This document shows, one piece after another, positions 51,173 through 64,000 of a stretch of DNA of 64,000 nucleotides; the first letter of the stretch is position 1, and each line of letters begins with the position of its first letter. The notes under the pieces are model-generated. The model saw only the letters and a list, made by a program, of their open reading frames with translations, had not been told where the DNA came from and ran no database searches. The DNA is taken from the NCBI RefSeq assembly GCF_000150275.1, contig NW_002060964.1:363643-427642 (forward strand), in the 5' to 3' direction. Source of the DNA: Trichoplax adhaerens (taxonomy: Eukaryota; Animalia; Placozoa). The translations under genes were made by a program, and so were the position numbers.

Positions 51173-54100
51173 TTACAAGATACTCTTGGTAGTAGGTCCT
51201 ATAAGATCAAGAAATCGGATCAGTGCTAATTGATTTTATGTTTCTGAATGATTATAGCCAAATTAAGTGTAAAGTATTTTAAGAATAAATATAAATTACT
51301 ATACTAGATAATTTACCTTTAGCACTTCGAGTTGATAATGCTGAGTGTTGCTTTGGTTTAGGTAGAGCAGACTTGGATCGGTAATTACGGTTAGCTGCTT
51401 TGCTGTAGTTTGGAATAGTTAATAGTTGTAATTCATCAGCATCCACATATGGCATAGGCGAATAAATTGATTGATTTCGAAACGATGAAATACGAGCCGG
51501 TATAATTTTATCATAACTGTCACGATTAAACGAATGCGGAATAGAGCCTAATTGAAGAAAAATCAATCCAAATAGATTACTGGAAATAATATTAGAAAAT
51601 CACTCCTATCTTGTGACCTTTACAGAGTTATTCTGGCCCTAATATAGTTTTAGAAAGTCATCGATACATTAAGTATGGGCTAGCATGAATACAATTTAGC
51701 TAATCACTCCATCACTGTTGTTAATAACCTTAGCTTTACTACTAAAGAAGTGCTGAAGCTATGACTAAGGACATCAAATTAATGTTATGAGAGATGCTAG
51801 TAAACCTTATTATGTATTACTATAAACTAAATCAAGGGAACCGCCATAAGTTATGAGCTTCGTCTACCATGTTGAAACTTAAATTACATTTTTAACTGTC
51901 TAATTAATCATGACAAGTAGGATAAAGCTAGAGCTGATAGTTTGTGATTTTATACCCGATATTAAGCCAGTGCTCGGTCTACTTCTCGATCTGTTGGACG
52001 AATTTTTGTTCTTTAATGTATTCGAATATTGTTTACGCCTTTCAAATGTGGATAACTTGGCCCAATCATCCTCATCGACGACCAATTTTTTTAAAGCTAA
52101 CAATTTTTCATTTTTTCTTTGTTTTCTGCGATTGGGATCAAAGAAGTAAAAACTTACATGGCTATTTCTACAATATTCCTACTATGTAAACTATGATAAT
52201 TATACAAGACTATTTTCTATTGGAGATGAAAACTACCATATACTATACAGTATATCGATTGAATAAAATATTTAGGATTGGAGCAAAATGAATCAATTTA
52301 TGACTATTTGCTGGTAGATTTACAGAATAGCTTACCTGCTCATTTTTGCTGGATAGGTATCGTTAATTTTCCCGGGAGGCTTGTTTTGTAACCATTGCTG
52401 TACTACTGGAGGATTTTGGTAACCCCCATTTTGCAAGTATTCTTCTAAATGTTGGCTTTCTGCTCCAACTTCGTTAATGGTCTTTTGTAAAGCATGATGG
52501 ACTTGCTATAGACAGAAATAATGCAACACGTTCATATGATTGATAAATAGGCAAAAAAAAGCAAAAAAAAGAAAGATAAAACTTAAGATTAAGCGAAAAG
52601 TGAGGAGAATCGTTTACCTTCATTTTCTGATCCACTTCATCTAGTATCTTGTCGTATTTATTTTGTAATTTAACGGAAACTGTTTGTGCTGCAGCCTAAA
52701 ATATTGGGATATAAATTTAATTTATGCCACTATGCATAACTTAGCCTGTCTCTATCCATTCGATAATAAAGTATTGTGGGTCTATATTGGCCATTTACAT
52801 TTCGCTGCTTTTATTGACTCGATAGCAGGTGACATAACAGACTTTTATTAGCATACTCTTCCAGTTTTATCAGTAGAGTAAACCGATATATGGAATCTAT
52901 ATTTGTATTCTGCAGTTTATATAGACTCAATAGTAAATGATATTAACATATTTTCATTCACAAACACTTTCAACTTCATCAGTACAACAAAATAGATTTC
53001 TATAGTGTATACTCGTATTTTATAGTATATTTTAAACTATAATAAGATTTTTTCTCTACAGTAAGCGACACTAGCAAAGCTAATAGCCAACCTCAATTAA
53101 TGCAGCATTTCTAGACAATCGTTGGACCTTTTCCTCCATTTTACGCTTCTCTTCTTCCAGCACAGAGCATAAAAGTTGCGTTTGGGCCTAGAAAAAGTGA
53201 ATTTGAGGTTAGTTATTACAGCCCGAAATTAATCTTATAGGTTATCGTTGACAGCTAAATCCTATACGATGAAATATTAAATCGTATTAGCTCTTTTCAA
53301 AAACAGCGGCTAACGTTGGCCCATTTATCCTCTTAAATCGATTTATTCGGTTTGTGTTAGTAAATAACGATACAAACCTTAGCCAATTGATGGACTTGGC
53401 GTAAAGCTGGGCTATCTTCATCATCGTTATAATCATCGAAATCATCTAAGAATTAAATTATAGAAAATATGGAATTAACTAAGGAGTTTCCAGGCCAACG
53501 ACAAAGCCAATGAAGTAAATGATTAAGCCTCGCTAATATAGGATTACATGAGAATTAGGAGCTAATAGATGCAAAGATAACTAAAATTATGAGAAAAGGA
53601 AGTTATGACATAAGGATTCGCTTACTAGTTAGTTCCTGCATCAATTGGGATAATTCGGAAACGGGCTCATTATTCTTAAGATCATTATTTTGTGCAGGTT
53701 GAGGGAGAGAATCATTTGGTTGTTCTTGATCGGAAAATGAATCATCTTTCCATTTAACGCAGTGCCTTCGGCGCTGCACATAGCGAGAAACTTGTTCCTT
53801 TTGATGAACTAAATTATTTTTCTTCATACGCATAATTGGTGCAGCGGTTGGGTGGATATTGTCTGATGAATCCTTTACTATCGTAGTTGCTACTTCGGCT
53901 TTGGCTTCTATAGCGCTAGTAACGGAAGAACTATGCTGGCGTATTTCTACCGATGATGACTGCATATAAGAAGACTTTCGGTTTTCATCAGCCTTTATAT
54001 CACCATTTGTTGCGCCCAGAGATAGACCTAATTCTCCCGTTTTTACCCAATATATAGGATCGCCATCTTTTGTACTATTCGGTCGATTTCGAAACGTCCT

Positions 54101-57100
54101 TTTAGGCTGTAGTACCAATTCATGGCTTTTATTTGAAGGTAATTTAGGAGGGAGGTCATGATTATTAACAGTATTGGCTTCATCTTCTTCTTTTGCTTTG
54201 TCCATGATGAAATTGCTTCTAATACTGTTGCCCTTCGCTTTTAATAATAATTTTAAGCATGATGACCCACTTTTGCCATGGCTATGCGCTATTTGCACTG
54301 GTGTTACAAAATGTCCCTGAACAAGATAAATATTATCGATGAAATAATTTCGTCTTTCTATAAAAGTAGCTAAATTGTAGTATTTGTCAAACGATTTATC
54401 TAAGTTGATCAAGAAACTCAATCATTACGATTATAAATTGTTAGCAAAAGGCTTATGTTAAAATTTGACATAGCATGTGTGTATCCCATTTCACTAATTA
54501 GCATCTTGATAGGCTATTAGTTTACGATATACGTTCACAATCTACTAAAAAGCTTCAACATTGAGGACTACGTTAGTCAGATAGATTATGATTATTGAAT
54601 TATGCTCCATTGCAGACTGGAATTTAGATATAGTTTATTAGCACTTACGTCTTTATTTTTCATAGTTAATGTTGGATCAGCATTAGCTTCTAAGAGGATC
54701 TTCGTTAAGGCTGTATGATTGATGGATGCTGCATAATGCAATGGTGTTGCACCTTCTTTATTGGTGATATTAACATCGCAACCTCGCTTGATCAAATAAT
54801 TAGCAGCATCTTTGAATATAAATCAAACGTATTAGTTTATATTGACTCGTTATAATTGCCATTTAGGATACAAAATACAGTAAAGAAATCAGTGAGAAGA
54901 TGTAAGCTGTAGAGAACAAATTTCCTTAGTTGCGTTATACTGGATGGCTATAGGTTCGCTTTTAATTTACCTAATTTGCCAGCTAAAACTGCTTCATGTA
55001 ATGGATAATCTCCATTTCGATTTGGAGTCTCTATGGCATTGTTATAGCGAGATAATAACTTTAATGTTGCTGCCGAGCCAAGAGCAGCAGCACAATGTGC
55101 GGCACTAGGATAGAAAATGACCACAAGATCGTTAGTCAATATTAATAGGTGGACAGTTATCACTAATCTAGTTGTATACTGGATGATTTTCAACTTTCAT
55201 CGTATCGAAGTATTTAATATTGATTCTATTTGTAGCTTGTTATTACCATCTGCCATCTTTATTTTGCTTGTAGGGTGAAGAATAATTATCTAGTAAAAAC
55301 TGGATACAATTCAAGTGATGATGACTAATGGCGTAAAATAAAGGTGTATTGCCGTCATGATCTTCGCTATCAACACTAGAGTTGCAGTTTCGAAGCAAGG
55401 ATTGGACGCAATTTAAATGGCCTTTGCTGGCAGCTGTATGTAATGCTAAATAATGTAAGATAAATGATTGTAAGAAAAATTCTTCAAATACAAGGTAGGC
55501 TAAGCCACTTCCAGATACTTATGCATACTCTAAATATCAATATTTTATTTGTAAAATATTAGCTATAAACCTGTCAATCCATCAACATCAGCTGTTTCAA
55601 CATCACATCCGTGATTTACCAGTAAGATACAAGCTTTTGCATTTCCTAAATTTAAAAACTTTGAGGTAAGTATTCATCTAAATAATATCAGCTTCGCTTC
55701 ATCTATAGATTATAGATAGAAACTTTGTTAAAGCTACTGAAAGTAGATAGAATACTATCTCAGATGAAATAACATAAGATTCTATTTGTATTCCCTCGAT
55801 GGAATACCATTTTCTTGCCCCATTTCCGCATTTGTATCGAAAATGTAGTATGAGTCTTTGTAAGCTATAGACATGTAAGCTATAGACATGACAATATATC
55901 AATAAATTAATCTAAAAGGGAAGTTCTTACCAGCGCCAGCAGCCCACAAAAGTGGATGTCTCTGATCTCTATCTGGCAAGGAAGGCGCTTTATTATCTAA
56001 TAATGTAGTTAGAACGGCTACATTATTTTCGTTTTCTTCCATTTGAGCCGCATAATGGAGTGGATATGCCTGATGTAAATCCGATTGATCTAATTTGGCT
56101 CCAGCTTTAATTAAGCAATTTATGCCAGTAACATTAGATGTTACTACAGTATAAGAAAAAAAATAAAAATTTCTAAATTACTTAACCTTCCTCTTAGTAA
56201 TGAAAATAGTTAAGCGTAAATTGCAAATCCAAAATTAATACTATTACCTGTTGCCCAATGCATTGGCGTACGAGATTCATCATCTAAAGCATTAACATCA
56301 GCGCCAAATCGAAGTAGTGATTTAACTATACCGTTACTTCCTTTCATGCAGGCATAATGTAGTGGTGTTCTTCCTAATTTATCCCGCACATGGACTAAAC
56401 TCTTATTTACTTTAGCTAATAATTTAACACAGCTACTACGAGTCTGATAGCATGACCAATGTACGGCATTTTTGCCATCACGATCAGTTAGTATTGGATC
56501 GACCTGCAATCAATCACGGAATAGATGGATAATCAAGACATACGATTCATGTAATCATAATATAGTAAAGCATTGCTTAAATTATCAATCATCTATCTAC
56601 AATGATAGAGATTTTACAATATTTTGTAAACTATAATTATCACTAATAGCGGAATGTAGGTATTCGTCATTTCGATATTATCATTAATCATTGCCAAAGA
56701 AATATTATTAATACCTCATTTTCCAATAAAATCGTTGCATGATCGTGATTTCCAGCTTGGCAAGCCCACATTAAAGGATTCGTACCTTGTTTGTCTGATA
56801 TTTCCGTTACACTTTTACCATACCTTTCGATTAATAATTGCAAACATTCTGTAGTTTCGATAGTTGTTGCTGCACGAACAACAACAATGCCATCTCTATC
56901 AGCAGCGAAAGGATTTCCTCCATGACTTAATAATAACGACAAGATATGTCGATATTGTAATTCAACTGCTGTTAAGATAGGAGTTACTGTTTTATTTTTA
57001 GGCTAAAGTTAAACAAAAAGAGAAGATATAAATTCACATTAGAATCTACCTATGAGTAGAAATTGTTTTTTTAAATTACTATCGGTTTAAAATTACTAAT

Positions 57101-60100
57101 AAAAATAAGATGTTTAGCTTACCATAAACGAATTCGGTGAGGCTCCGGCTTCTAATAATGTACGACATATATTAAAATTATTTCTTTGGACAGCTTGCAT
57201 AAGGGGTGTAAGACCAGATTTGGCAGGAGTTTCACATACCTTCATTATTTTAAACAAAGTTAAGAATAGGATTTAATGCAAATTGTGCGAGATGAAATCA
57301 AATTTATTTATCTATGGAAAGATTCAATAGGATTAAGATAATAAAAGTAGCAAAAGCTAAATTTCATATTCAATCTAAAATCAAGCATGAAATAAGTTTT
57401 TTCCTAGGCTATAATTGAATCGATTGTACAATAATCGAATCGTAATAGGATAAAAGTGCTCATTCGCTAATTTAAGCTATAAACAGGATTAAGTTAGGAA
57501 GACCATCAGATCATCATTGGATATCATCAATTTTATGCTTATGATGGGAAAGAAATATCAACCCTTACTCGGTCTAGTTTAACATTATGATATATACAAG
57601 TGCAGTAATTGATATAATCTTAATTGTAAATAAGATATTTCATTGTCTCGATATGATTAAAATAGAAAATATAAATTTTATTATTTGATGTTATAATTTA
57701 CCAATACAATACTCAAGATAAAAGGAATAACTTTGTAGCTCAGATCGTAGGAATTGTTGCATAACAAGGCATTTTATAGAGGTGAAATAAAAGAACGAAA
57801 AATATAAATTTCCTATTGAATCTTAGCAAACGTTAGCATAATCTTTCGCGATATGGAAAATTTGTGAATATAATTATGCAATCATGATATTGAGGGGCAT
57901 TATATTTGGATATCACAGAAGGATTTAATTGCGATATGATTTTTAAATCATTTCTGCACTATTAGTATAATAACTACTGTACTTAACTATTTAGCTCACA
58001 GGAGTATTTAAACTTTGATTACACGTAAATTTATAGCGGTATAATCGAACAGAATTTTAAACTCCTATCTTATTATCATGTCTGCGTCTAATCTTTTCTA
58101 ATTATTTTTTATTATCAAATTGTACTGATACCAAATTTTTCTCTAAGATGCATTTATAAGAACTAATTAAAGTGTATAATAAAATTTACTTCAATCTATG
58201 AACCCTTACGAAATTTTAAATATAAGAGATCACTGATGATTATTTCCTGTAGTTAGCTGTAGTAAATAGGTTGTATAATCCCTTAGGTTCGCAATTAATA
58301 AGTCAAAATTTGAGTAATTAAATATTGAGTAAATCTCTAATGCAACACAATTTCATTTACTCTATTAAGTATAGCCGACTATTTCTACTTCCTACTGCTA
58401 TCGTACTGCATGTTACTGCTGTAATTAGATGAAATTTCAGCTCTAAAATATCCTACATTTGCGAATATTTGGACTATGATCAAAGACGGAATTGATATTT
58501 ATAGTCTTATAGTTGGGGCAGTATACAATATCATTTAGTATTGAATCATGCATACCTTAAAATTTCTAAGTATGAGATCTGTAGAGTATAAGAATAGATT
58601 ATTTTAGCGAGTACTATTTATAAGTTGCATATTATTAATTTGAAGTAGAAGTACGGTGTCATCAACTCCTAATTATTCGAGAAAATGGTGCTTTAATAAC
58701 TGGTAAAATATGGTTCGAATGAACATTAGGCGCTATTCTAATCAAAATTGGATGATTAATTATTAATTAGTGAAAGTAGTGTATCAAATCATAACTTGCT
58801 TATTACTGTAGTTGAAGAAATATGTAGAGACTTGGTCCTTCTATTAACAACTTATTCTTAACGGAGTCTGCGAACATTGTGGGTAATAGGTGTGCAATGG
58901 AGACATACGTATTAATAAAAGTATTATTAGATATATAGCCGCATAGTTATAATGAAATAGACAAGGATAGAATTGTTAAAGGTACTATTAGGTTCGTCTA
59001 AATATGCCAAACCCTTACAAGAACTGCGGATGTAATATCGAGTATTCATCAGGCATTAATCTATTTGATTCTTAACAGTACAGCGAAAGTAATTTTAATT
59101 AAAACGTTCAATTAGTTATTGGCTAAACATACTGTGGAATATTTAAGTGAGGGTTTCAACACATGCTGCATATACTGTAATCAATATAAAACTCAGAATC
59201 ACCATCACACTCGTAATCAAGTTCGAATCTACATGCAAAACGATGTAATCTTTTAATGAACTAAAGCTAGATACATTAGAAATTAAAGTAGAAGTAAAGG
59301 AGAGGTGGCTATCAATGTAAAATGGATGTAATATGTCTCTTGCTGTATCCTTTCATTTAGATATGGCAACAGTCTTTGATAATGAAAAATAACTGATTTC
59401 ATAGATCCAATGGAAAAATTAAATCGTGTTATAATGTTTTTTTTTGCTTTTCGCTGATACTAAACTTTTATAACAGTTAAAAAAGGCGAACGTGAAAATT
59501 TTATTCATGAGAAGAACCTCGAAATGGCTTTGACCTTGCATAGATTCTGTCGTTACTAGCAGTTATAACTACATATCACATAGGCTATCAAGCAACGATA
59601 GGAATGAAGGCATTTTCTGCCTTGATATTATAAACTTCAAGTTTTAATAGTTAGGGGAAATATTTTGAAGTTAATCTCTTGCGCACCAATTATTTTAAGA
59701 TGCATACTGTCAAATGAATATATGAAATTCACAAACCATCATTCCTCAATTCAATTATAGGATTGATATTATACGGTTTCATGCGTCAAAATAAGGAGTA
59801 ATTTGATAACACTGAATTGCTTCAAATAGACTAGCTAGATCTAATTCTTACCTTCGGATCAACCTGACATAATAAATGAACAGATCTATGGTTATCATTT
59901 TGAATGGCCAAATGAAGTGGAGTATATCCATCGCGATCATAAGCATCAACTTTAGCTCCACCGTCAATTAAGAATTGAGTAATATCAGTTTTATCTAGTA
60001 GAATAGACCAATGTAATGCAGTTCTACCATAGCTATCGTAATCATTGATATCAAAACCAGCGGATAAAATAAATTCGCAACACCGAAAATGCGTACTATA

Positions 60101-60286
60101 GCCGTCTTCCTTGGTATTTTGGATACAATGAATCAATAAAGGTTTACCGTCTTGTAATGGCGAGTTGTGAATTACATTTGGATTTAAACCATTAATAACA
60201 TCAAGTAATGTGTCACCATCACCTTTTTCAGCAGCTTCAAAGAGCTCGATAATATCTTGTTCTTGAACTTCCATTTCTATCGCCAT
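51173..60286 (-). CDS. Large multi-ankyrin-repeat protein (inversin-related N-terminal half, low-complexity/coiled C-terminal half)
   Basis: Successive exons give more than 15 ANK repeats (GRTALHW, GYTPLHLA, GLTPLMQA, GTNPLMWA, GRTPLHYA, AYPLHYAAQ, RHPLLWAAGAG, GLTALHTAA, GNTPLFYA, GDYPLHEA, GATPLHYAA). The probable last exon encodes GPTTKSIL*. 3' exon structure is less certain. Confidence 0.85.
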
Positions 60287-63200
60287 CTTGAATCTTTTTA
60301 CAGTATTCTTGTTGATGTTAATTTTTTATCAACTTTTAGACGTCGAGAATAATCAATAAACGGCTAATTAACGACTCAGATACTAAGCCGAGAGAAAAAT
60401 TATTTACACTTTATGAAAATGAACTCCATATTTATGGCCTTGAATCAATCGACGTATTCATCAACTTAGTTTCATGATGATAATTATTCTAACAACATCA
60501 ACTACAAAAATAATGAAAAACACAACAATCAGGGTGACTTTTCTTCCTTATAGCCGATTTGAATGTAAGTTTAAATTGGTAGATTTTCCTAATTTTTGAC
60601 TTCTTATATAACACAGGCCAAATTTGACATTGTTCTCAATAGGCTAAATTTATAATTTGTCGTAATGGTTGATAGGATAAATTAAAAATTGAAAAAGTTC
60701 TGCCTTCTCTTACTCCAACAAAGTTATTACAGCATTGTATATGAGAGACAATATCGCCATAGCAACATGACCAGCCTATTATCGGATAAATACAATTTGT
60801 TGATAGAGCAGATAGCAGCTAGATTGAAACTAAACAAAGGCATCAGGTAAGTAACATAGAAACAAGCAAATGTTTTAATTAAATTAAAAGTAGCATTTAT
60901 TCAATTGGCTATGGAAATCCATATTCAAATAGGTAATAATATTGTCCATCGCTGTATGAAATAGAGCTCAGATCGTCCATTTTAGAGAAATCCACGAAAA
61001 AGATGTGTGACTGGATAGCTGGCGCTAGAAAATTATAGAAATAAGCTCATTGATTCATATTGATATGCTAACTAAGTAAATATATTTTACTTAACAATTG
61101 TATAACAGCTTGTTTCAGGCTAATTGTTGAAAAACATCTCTACTACAAAGTAATGCTGTGCATACCTTATATATTGACTATTTCACATATGAACAATGGC
61201 TGACTGTCCCCGATGGTCTATTTATCTTCAATAGCCGGCATGGGTAAAGTAGTTACAATCTAATATGCTAAACAAGGCAACTTGATAATAATCTGGTTGG
61301 GGTGATAGACCATTTACAGTATCGATAAAATTAAAGGTGGATAAAAGTATCGGTAAGATAGTGGCCAGTAGTAAGAGAACGGCAACGAGTATTGTGAGCG
61401 TAAATTACGAGCAGAATTTGATCATTTATAGGACTAACGAAATATGATTTGTTCTATTAAAAGGTAGAGTAACTGTTATAGGATATACCTAGATGTTTAC
61501 CTTGGAGGCATGCTAGCTAGATTTATCGAGATTGAACTGCCGTTGAAATTTCCCTTTCCTTACAATGACAACATTGCTACAAAAATCTCTCTCCCATGGC
61601 TAAAATTGCAAAACATAAACATCGTTCCTATTGTATGATATACTCATGTTTTATTGATGTTAATAATAATAATTAATCGAGCCTGGCTAATAATAGAAAG
61701 GGGTATATCAAACTACAGTAGGTATTAGGATGAAAAAATAAATTAGTCATTATGAGCAGGAATCAAATTGCGTTTTCTTGCGCAGAAAAGAGATTCATAA
61801 TGTCGCTAATAAATGGAAAATTACTGATATACACATTCAGGCTTTTCCTAATAATCTATGCAGCTGAGGTGATGACAACTATATCAATTAAAATACTTAA
61901 AATAAACATTCAGAGGAAATTTTCCAGGCTTATGATACCCGTACCAGCAACTACTTACAACAGCAGTTTAATTTGACGAGAAGGCTAGATTTGCAGTATA
62001 TATTTAAGTTACATATACTAAAATAAGGTGAAGGTAAGACAAGTAGTAGCTGTCTAATGCAACGGATATAAAACTATGTTTTACACAACTTCGATGGAAT
62101 GCAATTTTCTAGGTAATAATTTTATTTACACTGTAATGTGCATCAGGCGATATTAAAGACCATTGGCTCCAGCATCAAGTCAATGGAATGTAACCTTATA
62201 AAAAGGTGATTACAGTATTGGACACAAATTGCCATAGATGAATTTTTTAGCATACGCAGCAGTTATACTGGCTATAGTAACTGGAGATTTTTTGAATTCA
62301 TGTTAGAAAAATTGTAATGTGGTATTATGATTGAAAGACAATTGCTACAGTGTAATAAAAATGAAATTAAATGTTTACTTATTCATTTCCATGCTGATGA
62401 ATGTGAATTTTATTTATAAAAATCTGCTGATCGATGGCCTTGCCGACATAAGACTTTTCTATGTTAAGGCTTTAAGAGAAACATGTACGAAAAGGTAGGA
62501 ATAACTAATAGCCGAGCAGAATGATGATAGGTATTTTGTACGCGATAACCTAGCCAACATTAACTAAAGACGATTTTAAGGATGGAGGTTTCATGCAGTC
62601 CATCGCAAGATGAACAAAAAACAGATATATTAGCTATATCCAGTCAAAATTGTATAGCCGATATCTGGCTATTTTGCTGGTTATAAGTATTGCATGGTCA
62701 TCCGAAAAATAGTATTTATAGATCAAAGCTAATTTGGAGAGTCACAATAAGTATAAAACTTGAATAAAATTAAGTTGTATTATTGGATAATTCTAATTAA
62801 TAGGCTGCCGTGTCCGGGACTTTTAAGAAGAGTTTTCTCTGATAAGTCTCTGACCGCACCCTTGATTTTATGATATACTGCCACAATATAATCATACGTA
62901 AGGTTTGAATGAATGCGGTTTTAAGGATTGCGATCCGTTAACTCAAAATTTGAATTATTAAAATAGATTAAATATCTTATCTACAACTTTTATTATTCCA
63001 ACTATAATTTACGATTACTTTATTAAGTACCACCAGCTGATTCGCGTGTACTCTTCTGTGGTGTTTACTTCGTATTACAATCTTACTATCGAAGCACAGA
63101 ATGACTGCCGTTCCCTAAAATTACTGCAATAGTATCTCGTATACCTGTACTCTTGCATTTCATTGATTATTTTATATATATTATTTTAAAGTGAACTTTT

Positions 63201-63750
63201 TCAATCCTTATGATGATTTCAGCTAATTACAGCAGTTATGTGCTAGGGAGCACAGTGATAGTATGCAGCGTAGAACTGCATGTCTTAATAAAGTAAGCGT
63301 TGATTATAGCTCATTTTTAAGTTGTCGGATTTCGAACTCATATATTACATCACGATTATACAGCGCATAGGTTCCTACAGGTTATAATGCGATGTCGGTC
63401 CATGGGATTGGATTGTTTATTTTCCTAGTAGCAAAATTGGCAAGGACGGGGTTTAGACTACTGTTTTCGCCTATTTGTATAGGATATAGTGTAATATAAA
63501 AATTGACTGGGTTCATCTAATGCACATGATTTGTATTATGTACCGTATATTAGGTAGTAATAGACACCAGTATGAGCTCATTTACTTTGCAGATTAGTAG
63601 GTATCTTAATGATTCAACTTTTAGCATCAACGATATGATTCTAAAGTATTTGATAGGCAGCCTTTCCTTCGCAGCTTATTTTGGTGATATTGGAAAACTG
63701 TGGTGTGTTTCGTTCAAACCCCACGGGTTCAGTCAAGGATTACTCAAGTA

Positions 63751-63873
63751 AGAATTCTCCCTCAAAAGCCGTAAATAAAAAAATCTCCCCTGCACTAAAT
63801 ATACTACGCTAACTATACAGCATTTTTAATATAGGGGGAAATTTTTTAGTTGCGGCCTTGGAGGGAGAATTCT
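63751..63873. mobile_element. MITE-like ~123-bp fold-back element
   Basis: Terminal agaattctccctc / gagggagaattct are a perfect 13-bp inverted pair, and imperfect complementarity continues for ~50 bp inward. Confidence 0.6.
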
Positions 63874-64000
63874 GTGTTGCTTAATTGAGAAGTCGCTGGT
63901 AGTAACTTAGAAACAAGGGCAATGCCACGCAGACGCGGACTGTCAGACTACCGGACAGCCTGGCGTCTAGATTACAGTGTAAAGTACTGTACTGTACAGT

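Noticed and set aside
1-64000. tRNA, rRNA, snRNA or snoRNA genes
   Set aside because: None recognised by eye; covariance-model searches (tRNAscan-SE, Infernal/Rfam) would be needed to exclude them.

Overview
AT-rich, compact animal genomic DNA with many short (~70-150 nt) introns. The style suggests a placozoan such as Trichoplax, but that is an inference. I hand-spliced nine protein-coding genes: a TERB1-like ARM-repeat gene (+), an MGAT4/GT54 GlcNAc transferase (-), NAP1 (-), an intronless Kv1/Shaker channel (+), GOT1/GOLT1 (-), a PDHX/E3BP-like gene (+), CSKMT/METTL12 (-), an EML/EMAP gene (+) and an inversin-like multi-ankyrin gene (-). The most striking non-coding signal is dense stacking of TA-CAG-TA / TA-CTG-TA units upstream of genes, especially in divergent promoter intervals. 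A 7-copy tandem array at 42.0-43.3 kb shows these to be copy-specific, non-templated 5-bp insertions at TA dinucleotides, which is the signature of repeated Tc1/mariner insertion and excision. Other notable items: an ARM-only TERB1 whose start-codon region is tandemly amplified, an E3BP lacking a lipoyl domain, a U12-type intron in EML, a GC-AG intron in GOT1, and a displaced CaaX cysteine in NAP1. Homology calls rest on recalled motifs, not on database searches.
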